A DNA stretch of 64,000 nt, taken from Lama guanicoe (Eukaryota). Positions within the stretch are counted from its first letter, which is position 1. Each line of letters opens with the position of its first letter. Positions 11,454-24,238 of this stretch are shown here, piece after piece. The notes beneath the pieces are model-generated. The model did not search any database and was not told where the DNA came from. It saw nothing but the letters and a program-made list of their open reading frames with translations. A program made the position numbers and the translations under genes. The stretch is from NCBI GenBank assembly GCA_013239625.1, contig MU055657.1, forward strand, positions 11,453,689 through 11,517,688, read 5' to 3'.

Positions 11454-14400
11454 TATATTGAGAGATATATATGTATGCCTAACCTAGTCTCTTACTTCTT
11501 TGAATGTCCCAAGACCCCTTCTCCCTGGCTGTTCCCACCACAGGGCTTCTGCAGTTCTTACAAACTACAATTCTTCACTCTTATCTCTAAATTTTCACCT
11601 GGTGGCTGGAATTCACTTGAGAGTCTGAAACTAGAGTCAGTTACCAATTTCGGGAGCCCCCAAAGCACCTCCTGCTTCCCATCCACAAACAGTAACTGAT
11701 GTTAGCACAAATAAGACATCAGCATAGGAGCTCATGAACTTAGGGGTAAGAAATCTACACGAAAAATAGAGACGAAAGAGGCAGTGAAAGAGTCAAAGCC
11801 TATCAAGACAGGGCAGAAACAAGATTTTAAGCAGAAGGGCAAAGTCCGAGTGGGTCTTCACAGGGTTCTCCAAGGCCAGCAGATTTATCACTTCCTTTTC
11901 TCCTGATTCGGGGTTTTTGTTGGAGTTCTGTTTTGTTTTGTTTTGAATGCCTCCAATAGCTTCTTCCCACATCTCGATCTCCCAAAAGGAAAACTATAGT
12001 TTTCTCATCATCCAGATGCCACATTTAGCCGCTTCAACCCACACTTAAGACACCAAGAACTCCGTCTGGAGAACTGAGTAGGGAGAGAAAGGTTAAGGGC
12101 TTTGGTTGTGTCTGGGTTTCATCAGTCCCAATCTTCCAGGGGGCACTTGAAAGAGGAGGGTTTTAAGCCTCACAGTGCTTTGAAGAAACCCCTGCAACTT
12201 CAAAGGAATGTCAATGGGAACCTTCTCCCAGCGTTTCCAGCCTCTGGGTGCCCTAAATCTCCCCAGCTGAAGCTCTGAGGTGGAAACTTCCATCTATAGA
12301 CTTCCTATCTCAGCCTGACCCGTGGAGCACAGAGCCTCAGTTCTTCCCTGTTTCAGACTTTAATCTGGTTATTTTATGTCTTTTTTGAATCTTGAAACAC
12401 CCTCGCACAAGGAATTTCTACATGGTGTCTAAGCCAGGGTTGAAGATCAGCTGTTATGTACAGGCAAGTTCTCCAGAACTGCTTCTCACATAAGATGCAG
12501 GGTTTTCAAATATCACCCAGTCTTACCTTGTAATTTGCTTCCCAGCTGAAACCTTATTTAGTCATTATTCATCGTGAGAATATTTCTTCTGTAAACATGT
12601 GCCATAAAAATATTACCTCATGAGTATTAAATTATAACATTATATTTAAATTATAATTATTCAACATTTCCTCAGAAAACCTTCATTTCTTGCATAATTT
12701 CAACATATTTAACCTGAAATGTTTGTGAATGCTGTGAAGTTCAGACAAAATAGGGATAAGCATTGGTCTAAAATTTTATTGTAAATTATTTAGGATTCAG
12801 TGAATTTCTCCATATAAATGATGCTTAAATGATGGTACCAATCTTACTTAGCATATCTGATTCCATTTGACACTAACTGTACCTGTTCCATTGTAGTAAA
12901 TCTACCTGTGTACTCAAGAATTCAGAACCCATCACTTACTTCACCATATCTCCTTCTCACACATACCTACTTCCTTGTCCCACCTCCAAGACCTCATAAA
13001 GGGGTAGAAAAAAAAAATGATATCTATTTAGCAGCTATTAAGTTCCAAGATAGGGCAGTATGTTAAGTCCTACTTAAGTTCCTATCAAGACATTTGAAAA
13101 TCTGGTCTTTGAAAGTCTGATAGGGCTTATAATTATACACTGCTGCAACCGTTCCAGTTATTGCAAACCTAGAGCATTTCTCTGTGTACCAGGGGTCACT
13201 GCTTGGTGACAGATGTAAAGATGAAGAAGACAGTGTTTCTGTTCTCAGAGGAGCTCATAGAAGAGTGCACAAAGCAGATACCTAAAAAGGCAATGCCTTG
13301 TAGCAACACTGCATTTATCCCACATCTTCCTGAGCAGCATGGGTCTCATGACACTGACCAAGACGTCTAGAGTCAGAACCAGCTGCGCAAAACAGTTTTG
13401 CTAAGTGTTAACCCTACAACTTTGACACATTAGGAAACCTAACTTCCACCACTGTTTCACCATCTCATGACAGTGGGGGAAGTTAGGTTACATGGGAGAA
13501 GACACATGAAAACCACAACTTGCAGTGTCCCGTGTGAAATTAGAACTTTAAAAAATACTTGCTCTTTTGGTCACCCCCCGCCTCACGATATTTCACATCA
13601 TATGTGGAATTTTAAAACACTTTTTTAAAAAGGTGAAATTCTAGATTTCTGAACCACAGAGAAAAATGTCCAAAGCTAGGAGCATAATTGCTATTCTCAC
13701 GGGCAGCCTGCACAGTAATTGTAGCTTAATGGTAACTTACTTCTTCCACTGTAAACAGTTTCTCCTACCCAAAAAGTGGTGGGAACATGGATCATCTAGA
13801 CGGGATGGAGCTTTCATTATCACTTAACTCTGACCACAAGTTGCTGTGGAGTGGAACCCTACTTACAATTGCAAAGCCTGCATTGCTGAAAAAAAAAAAA
13901 TCCAAAACAAAACAAACAACCCTCCCCCACATATTTCCAAGCTGATCCAACATCCAATACCTAGAAATAACCTTCTATTATTTTCCTTTATTTTTCATTT
14001 AGTAAGTGTCCCTTTGTTCAGAGTGACCTGGTAAAAAGTGTAGTTAACAGGGACTCGCAGCAAATTTTAAAAATTCCGTTCAGGCTCAGTTGAGGGAGGG
14101 AAAAACCGAGAGCCCAAGAACATTTGAGAAAATGCCAGGGGCTTATTCAGAACTTGCTTATTAAACCTCAGACCCAGTGAGCAACCACTTCTTCTCTTTT
14201 AGGTGAATAAGGAATGATCTCTAAGGTGCCTTCTGGCTCTAAATGTCTATGATTTAAAGTGAGTGAGGTTTCCTTAAGAGAGCAAACTTTTTAATGATAT
14301 GAGCTGTGGATCTGAACCCTTAAGCTCTTCTTCAGAAATTCATTTCAAGGGACTGATTTCTGCTTTCAGTATTCATCAAAGCCCAAGCCTGTACTTACTC

Positions 14401-14784
14401 CGTGGAGGCGAGCGTCTTTAGAGGAGCGTGCCTTTATGTGTTGTGCACTGCCAAAGAAGCGTGCATTTTTAACCCAGGTTCACAGTGTTGAGGTGAGTCC
14501 ATAAGAAATGTCTGGAGCTGATCAAACGTTCTCTAATCTCTTTGCCCCATTCTGGTGTAAGGAATAAAATACAGTATTCTATGAATTTTAGTTGTCTACT
14601 TAATTAAAATTCTTATTTGTCCTCAGTCTAAATTCCTAAGCTAGGGTCATCCTTAATTCTTTCCAACACACATTTTTGAGCAATTTGGGACCACTCAATA
14701 CACAAAAGTTACCATTCCAGTCTTTTCTAAGACAGTCTTCTTCAAGAGGTCCCACTGAGAGGAAGAAAGGGAGCTAAGAGAGAC

Positions 14785-14985
14785 TAATAAGAGCTAACAT
14801 GCTCGATGTTCTTCCAAGGGCATCATGTAAATTCCTTTAATCTTTGTAATTACCCTGTAAGATAGGGACAATTAATATCACCATATTGCATCTGGAGGAG
14901 ATGGAGACATAATAAGTTTCCCAAAGTTACATAGCTATTAAGTGATAGAGACAGGTTTTACTCCTGGTAGATTGGTAACTCTAGT
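14785..14985 (-). mobile_element. MIR SINE relic
   Basis: 'tttaatctttgtaattaccctgtaagataggg...cccaaagttacatagctattaagtgatagagacagg'. Confidence 0.7.
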
Positions 14986-16334
14986 TTCTTCATGGGGTGA
15001 GATCAGAGGAGAGAGAAGACGGGATGTTCACTTTTTACTGCATGATGTGTTTGATATAAACATGCATTTTATAAAATAACTTGCCAAATTTAAAGAAACC
15101 AATAAATGAATATCTTTTTCAAGGTTGCCTCTGTCTTTTACTTACAGATAAAGAAATAGCAGCTGATGCCATGCTTCGGGCGTGGCAAAGGGGTGCAGAT
15201 AGCCGGTATTGAGGAAAGATCCTCATCACTTTCCAAGAGAAAAGCAAGAGCTGCAAAGAGCCAGTGCTGTGAACAGGCAAGAGTAGGCTCTCAGCAGACA
15301 GAGCTCCTCCAAGGAGGAGACCTCAGGCAGCGCTGGCACCAGGTGGGAGACAACGACAGAGGAAGTTAGGCAGAGATCTCTGACCCCAAGAGCTAGAGTC
15401 CAGTCCTAAGGCCTGGGCTTCCAAGGCAAGAGAACAGTTCAGATCTGAGAAGACTGTCAAGGAACAAGGGAAACTTTGGTCACAGAGGAACTGGGATCCT
15501 AGGCAGGATGCCCTGATGTAAAAAGAACGTGGAAGAGTAACACTGAGGCCCAGTTACTGAAAGACCAATTGACGAGGCCAAGGTTCTGAAAGGACCAGCA
15601 ACAAAGCTAGCCTGACTCTGAAACCCTGCCTAAGCCGCTAAAGGCCTGGGCTTTGGCCGTGTTGCTTCCATGTCCACGGGAACAAAGATAATCAAACTCC
15701 TGGCTCTCAAATCCTGCAGGGGGAGCAGGCCAACAAATCTGAACATACATCGTGTCACTTTAGCAGTTGTGACACTGTGTGATTTAAAGCTTGTTATACA
15801 GCTTCAGTTATGCAGACCCCAAAAACAAAATAAAATCAGAAGCCATTGCAGTTAATGAACACATGAGGTCAAAGCATCCCCACTGCAAAATTTCTTATAT
15901 AACACAAACTCTGTCTTGATCTAGCTCTACGATTCTTAGCAAAAACCAACTAGTATAGTCAAAGTGAATAAATGAATAAGTAGGAAGAGTAAAGGAAGAC
16001 AGAGCAGCATGGAGGTGAAACAGAAGGGATATGCATCACAGCAAAGCCAGAATTTAGAGCAAGGGACATGGCCCCATTACCTTCACATAATGCTTGAGTA
16101 CTCCTTAAATTTTTCAATCACAGAAGAGAAGGAATTTTTGAGAGTGAGAAATGGCTCCTAATGCTGACCACCAAGAAATAAGTGGTAGACAAGAAACGTA
16201 TTTTATTGGAGAAATTTTTTCAGCCTAATTCAGATGCATCCTTTGAGAACAGTTTCATCCTTTCACACTGACCCATTTGCTTAGCCCTGATAATGACAGA
16301 GCCAATAAAGTTTCTGTCCATAAAACCTCAAATT

Positions 16335-16412
16335 CATGGAGCTCCCTGGGGACAGAAACCTCAGTAGTGCCTAACAACACAGTGGATATTCAGTGAATAT
16401 TTATTGAATTGA
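16335..16412 (+). mobile_element. L2 3' terminus
   Basis: 'gagctccctggggacagaaacc...gtgcctaacaacacagtggatattcagtgaatatttattgaattgaa'. Confidence 0.6.
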
Positions 16413-17361
16413 AAGGACCGTGTGTGATGGTTTCAATATTGCATATGACTGGAGCAGATCTGAGACTGCAAGCATGGATGTTTCAGAAGGAAGTTAGGTG
16501 ATCCACTAGAATGAATTCTTGATGAATGCTTTTTAGTCAATTAATAGAGTAAAACAGGGGTCTCTGATAGGTTACACTTATTAGATGTTATGTGCTACAG
16601 ACATCCACATTCTTTAAAACATTAGAATTACTTCATATCATGCACAGGAATTTGTGGGCTTATTTCCTTATTAATCTCTCTAATGGCTTAATTACCTAAA
16701 ATCCATTTTTATCGAAATTTAATCTGTTTATACTGTATCAGTGTAACTCTTCCTGAGACGTTTTTGTCTATCCCTTTAGTATTCTGTTTTAACAAAATAA
16801 ATATTGCAAAAATGTCTTTCACCAACTTGGAGACACTTCTGTTTTAATTTCTTATTTCTAAAAAGAGTTCAATAACTAACAGCACTTCATATATACTAGC
16901 ATGTTCTCAGCCTCTTTGACATTTTTGTCACTCTTTTCAAATATATCCTTTTTGATTTTGTTTATATTCAGGGTTCTTTTTTTTGTCCAATTTATCTAAG
17001 GTAACTTTAATTTTATTTAAATTTTTGCTGAGCATTTAGTTCTGTGACTCTGCCAACAGGCTCGACCGTGGAGACTTTGAAGCTACAGAGCAGAAAAGGC
17101 ATGAATCACTCCCTTTTGCTTAATAATCTCTAATTTAGCTGGCAGGTATATTACAGTTGAAATAGATGCTTTGGCCTGGAGCTCAAGCTGCTAGACAGTA
17201 AGGGAAAGACAGGGAAGAGATATGTAGGGTACTCTGCTTCAGGCTCGCCACTCACCTGGGGTTCCACACCAGAGGGGGTTTCCATTCAGGTGGGGCTCTT
17301 CACTTGTATAGGAAGCAAGAGCCAACTCAGAATTTTTTTTAATTTAAAAAATGTCAGCATG

Positions 17362-17725
17362 TGTATTAGTCTCCTATGACTGCTGTGCATGCTAGGCAAG
17401 TATCACAAATTTGCTGCAGATCTGAAATGTATAAAATAGTTTCACCAGGATGAAAGCAAAGTGTTAGTAGGCTTGTGCCCTAGAGGAAAATCCATTCCCT
17501 TGCCTTTCCCATTTCTTTAGAGCTGCATTCTTTGCTTTATGGTTCTGGCCCCATCTTCCATTTTCAAAATTAGATGCATAGAATATTGCTTCTGTGGTCA
17601 CTTAACCTTTACTTGTGACTGCATGTAAGGACGGCCCAGATAATCCAGGATAACTTCCCCTCTGAAGATCTTTAATTTAATCCCAGCTGCAAGGTCTCTT
17701 TTAGCATATACAGTAATATTCGCAG
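17362..17725 (-). mobile_element. MaLR LTR (MLT1B/C/D-like), partial
   Basis: 'tgtattagtctcctatgactgctgt' start; 'cccagataatccaggataac', 'ttaatcccagctgcaaggtctctttt'. Confidence 0.8.
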
Positions 17726-17879
17726 TGTGCTACCTTTCCATTCTTTTATCCCTTTTTATTAAACATATCTGTACATGTTTTTAAACCTTCATACCTCAGT
17801 AGCAGATTTCTATTATCCTTATTATTCTATTTTTCATTCCCTCACTCTCTACTTAGAGTTGAAACCTGCTTTGTGCCAG

Positions 17880-19590
17880 ACAAAGCAATAATAAGAGCAG
17901 ATTCAGATGAGGCACAGATGTTCAAGTGATTAAAGAGAAAAAATTAAGATAACTATGACTAACGCATAAAGGGCTCTGATATAAAAAGTAGAAAACATGT
18001 CAGGATAGATAGGTAAGGTAAACAAAGAGATAGAAACCATAAGAAAGAATCAAAAGGAAATACTACAAACCAAAACACTAGCAGAAACGAAGAATACACT
18101 TAATGGGCTCCTCAGTAGACTAGTCAGCTAGGGAATGAATCAGTAGGCTTGAATATAGGGCAATAGAAACTTCCCAAAGTGGAATTCAAGAAAAATAAGA
18201 TTTTTTTTTTTAAAAACAGAGAAGAACATCCCAAGAACCATGAGACAATGTGAAAAGATATAAGCACACATAGTTAGAATACCACAAGGAAAAGAAAGAA
18301 TAAAGCAGAAGAAATAGTGAAAGTAATAATGATCGAGAAATTTCCAAAATTAATGACAGACAGCAAATCACAAATCCAGGAAATTCAAAGAATACCAAGC
18401 AAGATTTAAAAAAAAAAACCAAACCCTCAAACCTAGGTATATCATATTCATACTGCAGAAAATCAAAGACAAAGAAAAAAATATTGAAGCCAAGAAGCTA
18501 GAAGGGGAAATAACACATTGACTATAGAGTTACAAGCATGAGAATGATAGTGAAATATGTAAAGTATTGAACAAAAACCACTAACCTAGAACTCTATATA
18601 CAATAAAAATTATATTTTAAAAAATGAAAAAGAAGTAAAGACTTTCTAAGATTGTCTTAAACAGACAAAAATGTGGGACTCATCAGCAGCAGACCCACTG
18701 GCAGAAGTAAAATAAGATTAGTCAGAAACTTGGACTTACCTTAAGAAAGGAAGAATGTCAAAGAAGGAATTAATGAAGGCATGATGGTCAGTTTCATGTA
18801 TCAAGTTGCCTGAGCTACAGTCTTCTGTTGTTTAGTCAAATGCTAATCCAGGTGTTGCTGTGGTATCTTGTAGATATGATTAAAGTCCATAATCGATTGA
18901 CATTAAGTATGGGAGATTATCCTAAATAATCCAATCGGGTCAAAGTTCTGAAGGGCAGAGTTTAAGTTTTCGAAAACTGAAGAAGAAATTGCTTGTGTGG
19001 ACAGTGACTTCAGCTCCAGAAGCCCAAGAGTTCTAGCCTTCCCTTCCTGACAGCCTGCCCTATGGATCTGGGACTTGCCCAGCTAGCACTCAAAATTGTA
19101 TAAGCCAATTCCTTGCAATAAATCCCAATATATGTCTCCTACTGGTTCCATTTCTCTGATTGAATCTTGAAAGATATAGAGTTTAAATATTTAAAAATTT
19201 TTCTCATTATGAACTAACTAAAAACACTGTTAAACAATATAGTAACACGGTATTGGGTGATTATAACATATAGATATGTCAAACGAATGACAGCAATATC
19301 ACCAGGGATGGGATGAAAGAATTGAGAATACTATGCCATAAGTTACCTGCGCTATGTTATGTGGTAGAGGGTTATTCAAAAGTAGACTTAGATTGATTTA
19401 AAATGTATATTTTAAACTCTAGGACAATCACTAAACTTTTTTAGGGAAATATAACTACACATCAAGAGAAAAGATAAAAATGAATCATATAAAATGCTCA
19501 ATCAAAGAAGAGGGAAAAGAAACAAAGAACAAATGCAATAAATAGAATACAGTTACAATTTTGTAGATATCTTTTCCAGCTATATCAGAG
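17880..19590 (+). mobile_element. Old L1 (L1MC/MD-like) ORF1 and inter-ORF region, interrupted by MLT2
   Basis: ORF1-type 'aagaaagaatcaaaaggaaatactacaaa', 'taatgggctcctcagtagact', 'acctaggtatatcatattcatactgcagaaaatcaaagacaaagaaaaaa', 'aacctagaactctatat'. Confidence 0.85.
18782..19177 (+). mobile_element. ERVL solo LTR (MLT2D-like)
   Basis: 'tgatggtcagtttcatgtatcaagttg' start; 'cctgccctatggatctgggacttgccc', 'agccaattccttgcaataaatc', 'tctcctactggttccatttctctg' near the end. Confidence 0.85.
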
Positions 19591-20060
19591 AGTGTTATAT
19601 GCACAAAGCATGGAGGAGATTTAGATGGTGAATTTATTCTTTATGATATTATAATGGTGGCTACATGACACTACACATTTTTCAAAATTCATAATGCTTT
19701 TCAGCACAAAGAGTAAACTTCTCTGTATGCAAATTAAAAAAAATTTAGGAGGTCAGGGAATCCCAGGATAAAATGTAGTATGTGATAAAAGAATCTAACT
19801 GTGCTAGAAATATATGAAACAGCTTCACTGAAGGGAATGGGAGGAAAACTGCTGATCTAAGTAACTTTGGAAATGAGAGGAGACTGTAAGGCTAAAGGCA
19901 AAAGAAATTGTATATAAGCACTATACTCTAGCTGACAGTTATTTCCCATGGGAGTGCTGGTTAACAATTCTGAAACCACTACACGTGTATACTGGAAGTT
20001 AACAAAAAAAGTGGATGGTGCGTGGTTCTCAGTGTTGGAGTGGGAGCTTACAGACAAGCA

Positions 20061-20189
20061 NNNNNNNNNNNNNNNNNNNNNNNNNNNNNNNNNNNNNNNN
20101 NNNNNNNNNNNNNNNNNNNNNNNNNNNNNNNNNNNNNNNNNNNNNNNNNNNNNNNNNNNNNNNNNNNNNNNNNNNNNNNNNNNNNNNNN
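20061..20189. other. Assembly or masking gap (N); further gaps at 20509-20650, 28221-28363 and 58131-58277
   Basis: Runs of n of 129, 142, 143 and 147 nt. Confidence 1.
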
Positions 20190-20289
20190 TTTTTTTTAAC
20201 TTACTTATTTTTAATAGAGGTGCTGGGGTTTGAACCCAGGAACTTGTGCATGCTAGGCAAGCACTTTACCACTGAGCTATACCCTCCCC
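20190..20289 (-). mobile_element. Camelid-type tRNA-derived SINE
   Basis: Minus strand reads GGGGAGGGTATAGCTCAGTGGTAAAGTGCTTGCCTAGCATGCACAAGTTCCTGGGTTCAAACCCCAGCACC plus an A-rich tail. Pol III A box (TAGCTCAGTGG) and B box (GGTTCAAACC) are visible. Confidence 0.9.
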
Positions 20290-21196
20290 ACTCAGCTTGT
20301 GGTTTCTAATACTATTCTCCAATAAAAGAAACTAGGATTCCTTGGAGAAGGGGCCAGTCCTAGAACTGGAGCAGAAAATATACAAAGTGAACCTGGAACA
20401 TCTTGTAGTTCCAGAAAGGAAGGAAGTGTTTCTATTCAAAAAAAGTAAAATCACAGTGATGGGTGTATGTTGAAGGGACACTGAAGCCAACTGAAGGAGC
20501 TCAGAATANNNNNNNNNNNNNNNNNNNNNNNNNNNNNNNNNNNNNNNNNNNNNNNNNNNNNNNNNNNNNNNNNNNNNNNNNNNNNNNNNNNNNNNNNNNN
20601 NNNNNNNNNNNNNNNNNNNNNNNNNNNNNNNNNNNNNNNNNNNNNNNNNNGTATAAACAAATAATTGAATAATAAGTAAATGAGGGATAAAATACAAATC
20701 TATGCAGAAGAATTCCAAATTTATGTAGATATATTGCTCTCAAGGAGGTGGAGTATAACTCTCCTTCTGCCCTTAAATGTGGACTATACACCGTGACTTC
20801 CCTCCAGAGAGCACAGTGTGGAAAGGAGGAAAAGAGTAACTTTGCCGTGGAGGAACCTGACAAAGTCTATGTCATCCAGGTGATTAAGACTAATATCAGC
20901 CAAGATAAAGCATGTTGATAGGATATACCTTTGATATGAGATGATAAGGGCGATCATTTATTTCTGTGGTCTTCCTTCCACAAAGTGATAACCTCAGTCT
21001 AATCATGAGAAAAAGATCAGCTCCCATTGAGGGACATTCTGCAAAATACCTGAACAGTACTCCTCAAAACTTTCAAGGACATCAAAAACAATGAAAGTGT
21101 GAGAAACTGTTATAGCCAAGAGGAAAGTGAGGAGACATGATAACTAAATGTAATGTGGTGTCCTAGAAGGGATCCTGAACACAAAAGGACATGCAG

Positions 21197-21200
<4 letters not shown>

Positions 21201-21234
<34 letters not shown>
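21201..21234 (+). repeat. Pure poly-A tract (34 nt)
   Basis: Read directly. Confidence 0.95.
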
Positions 21235-21235
<1 letters not shown>

Positions 21236-21427
21236 CAAAAACACACAAGGGAATCTATGAATAAAGAAAGGACTTCAGTATAACATATATATAATGTACA
21301 TATGTGTACATATATATAATTGGAATTTTAATTTGAATGTCTTAACTGTGAGTAAAATTGATTATCATTTCATCTGCTTAATTCCTTTTTATAAGGACAA
21401 GTTTTATTTGAAAATTGGTTCTTTGTG

Positions 21428-21500
21428 AAAGGAAAGGAGGGAGGAAGGGAGGGAGGAAGGGAAGGAGGGAGAGGGAGAGAAAGGAGAGGGAGGGAAGAGA
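21428..21500. repeat. GGGA/GGAA polypurine low-complexity tract
   Basis: About 70 nt of purines only on the + strand. Confidence 0.9.
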
Positions 21501-21871
21501 CAAGACATAGGGATAAGGAACGCTGAAACAAAGAGTGGACTTCTCATTTTTATATTTTTAATTCATTTTATTTATATTACCTCTAACTTTCATTTAAAAT
21601 TTTGCTTTAGTTAAGTTTTAAAAATTTTTTTCTCTTACTTTTAATCTTAATCTTTATAGCTTTAATGTGTATTAATATATTAATTGTTAATTTTCAATCA
21701 CTTCACTTTTTAAATGACCATTTTAACCTTTGTCTTCCCCTTGGAACTCCATTTCAATTTCCTCTTCTTTTAGACAAACTTAATGTATTGACTTTGTTTA
21801 TGAAAAGCTATGTTCTGACTACAGTGGGAAAAGCCAGCAAGCATGAGAGGTGGGAAAATTACTCTGCTGTC

Positions 21872-22437
21872 TGTACTGATATCTGCTGCATAATAATAAT
21901 CATTCCAAAGTGCAGTGGCTTAAAACAACAGTAGTCATTTATCATCTCTCATGATTTCTGTGGCTAGGAGTTCACACAGGGCACCACGGGGTAGCTGGTC
22001 TCTATTCCATTAGCTCCGGGGCTTCAGCTGGAAGATTGAATTCTGGCACCTGGAATCATCTGCAGGCTTGTTTACTCACAAATCTGACATTTGATTCCAG
22101 CTGTCAGCTGAGACCTGGGCAGGGCTGCTGGATGGGACACATACACTTAGCTTCACCATGGGGCTTGGGCATCTGCACAACACAGTGGCTGTGTTCTAAA
22201 AGTGAGCAAGCTGAGAGAAAGAGAGAGAAAGAGAGCAAAGTGGAGGCATACTGCCTAATTATAACCTAGATAACCTAGAAAGTCATGCAGCATCACTTCT
22301 GCCACATTCTGTTAGTCAAAGCAGTTGCAAACGCACCAAGTTTTAATGGGATAGAATATTGTCAAAGACATATCCTCTGACGGGAGATGGGATGGGATAC
22401 ATATCGTGAAGCCAGGTTTAGAAAATGCAATTTACTA
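21872..22437 (-). mobile_element. MaLR LTR (MLT1F/G/H-like)
   Basis: 'cagtggcttaaaacaaca', 'ctggaatcatctgcaggc', 'aagtcatgcagcatcacttctgccacattctgttagtcaaagcag'. Confidence 0.8.
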
Positions 22438-22619
22438 AAGTGCTGGATGCATCTGAAACAAACTTTCAAGTTTCCCCTAAATGAACTCCATGCCTTCCCA
22501 TGAATGAATGAATGAATGAATGAAAGACTTCACCTGATTAACTTAGAATGATCCAGAACAGTACTATTCTCTGTCTTCCATTTGGTTGATTGAAGAGTGT
22601 TTCTCCTAGATATTGTCAA

Positions 22620-23160
22620 CAACTCACACATTCTACAAATATTTTAGAGTGCTTGCCATGTCTAAGTCATTGTGCTAGGATCTGGAGAAATAATGGTAAC
22701 ATTACAGGATCCCTGAAGTAATGAGTTACATTTTTTTAGGCAACACAGAAAGTCAACCAAAAATTATAATTCAATGTGTTTTGCATGATGACAATGATAA
22801 ATGCAGGACTCTCCGGGAGTACACGGGATAGACTCATTACGTAGTCTGGAAATAGGGAACAACTTCCCAAGGGAAGGGACATCTAACCTAGAAAGAGTGA
22901 ATGAGTAGGAGCTAGCCACGAAATAAGTATCCAAGATGGAGGAAGGGGAGAAGGCAGAATTATTCAAAACAGAGGGAAGAGCAGGTTCTTGATTTCGGAG
23001 GCAAAAAAGAGTATGGTATAGTCACAAAAGAGTCAATAGTTCATTATGACTAGAATGATGGTTTTGATAACAGGCATGGAAATAGTTGAGGCTAGGTTGT
23101 TTAGTGAGAGCTAGATCAAGAAAGGTATTGTAAGTCATGCTAAAGAGACTGGATGTACCC
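22620..23160 (-). mobile_element. L2 fragment
   Basis: 'acaaatattttagagtgcttgccatgtctaagtcattgtgctagg' ... 'ctagatcaagaaaggtattgtaagtcatgctaaagagactgga'. Confidence 0.7.
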
Positions 23161-24001
23161 CATTATGCAGAGCTTTTAACCCCAAGCTGCCCTAGCTGCC
23201 CTACCTAGGGGTTCAAAAAGCCCATGCAGAGCAGCTGGGACTATGCTCTTGCGAAGAAAGACTCCTTCAGGCTCTTCTCTAGCCTTATGTGCTGTATGAG
23301 TGGATGTGCTAGGCATACAGGTTTAGTATGCTTGAACCTGTGCCTAGTATATCCTATTGCACACACGAATGTGATAAATATTTGTTACATGAACAAATTT
23401 CTTTTATCTTTGCCCAATGGCTTCGTACTTGGACACCCCCGCCTCACCACTACTCTTGACTCTTTGCTTTGAATGAAAACACTACTGGCAGTCTTGCTAC
23501 TGGTCAACTTCTGCCTTGAATGCTGCATTTTGACTCATGCTCAGCTCCATAAACTCTGGCCCGAAAACAAAACCTGTCCTCCTAGACTCCCCAGACACTG
23601 CCCCAAGCCAGGCCAGCAATCAGAGCTACTGCTCCCCTGATAGTCTGTCAAGCACTTAAAGAGAATGGTGCATTTGAAAAATTCATGGTCTCCAACATTT
23701 TCAAAATTTATCAGAAGTCATGGCCATAGACCTAGGAGTTGGTTATACCCAGGGAATAGGGCTCACACAAATAATGCTAACCTACTTTGATAAGGAACCA
23801 AATGGTGCTGACTCTCCTGATATACGTGCATTCAAGATGGCACAACGGAAGGGCTACAGCCATAAAGTTGGGATGACTGCATCAGCCTCGGCCTAAAAAC
23901 TCATCCATAGTTTGGTTCATCTATCCATCTCCTTTATCATTAGTATTACTGAAAATATTATGGACACCTCAGTCTCCACCAGCTAGCTCTGTTCCTCTTT
24001 C

Positions 24002-24238
24002 TTTTTTTTTCATTGATTCATAATCATTTTACAGTGTTGTGTCAAATTCCAGTGTTCAGCACAATTTTTCAGTCATTCATGGACATATACACACTCATTG
24101 TCACATTTTTTTCTCTGTGATTTATCATAACATTTTGTGTATATTTCCCTGTGCTATACAGTGTAATCTTGTTTATCTGTTCTACAATTTTGAAATCCCA
24201 GTCTATCCCTTCCCACCCTCTACCACCCCCCCCCCGGT
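24002..24238 (-). mobile_element. Young camelid L1 3' end, 5'-truncated, with perfect 14-bp TSD
   Basis: Poly-T, then 'cattttacagtgttgtgtcaaattccagtg...tatatttccctgtgctataca...gaaatcccagtctatcccttcccaccc'. TSD tctgttcctctttc at 23988-24001 and 24239-24252. Confidence 0.92.

Larger units (their letters stand above)
19590..21290 (+). mobile_element. Long L1MC/MD-type 3'UTR (contains two N gaps, a SINE and a 34-nt poly-A)
   Basis: 'aggaggtcagggaatcccagga', 'ctattctccaataaaagaaactagg', 'gtgacttccctccagagagcacagtgtggaaagg', 'gagacatgataactaaatgtaatgtggtgtcct'. Confidence 0.85.

Noticed and set aside
12140-12280. KCNMB3-like 'AFPASG' peptide
   Set aside because: Six-residue coincidence followed by unrelated sequence and a stop; no other KCNMB exons.
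12133-15726. CTCF-like motifs (cttccagggggcact near 12133; cctgcagggggagc near 15713)
   Set aside because: Two mismatches each to the core consensus; not supportable without PWM scoring or ChIP.
20190-20289. tRNA gene (A and B boxes present; also 59426-59579)
   Set aside because: A-rich tail, imperfect stems and two diverged copies indicate a tRNA-derived SINE, not a functional tRNA.
19948-20863. ORFs containing X runs (also near 28172-28430 and 57976-58323)
   Set aside because: Open only because N gaps hide stop codons.
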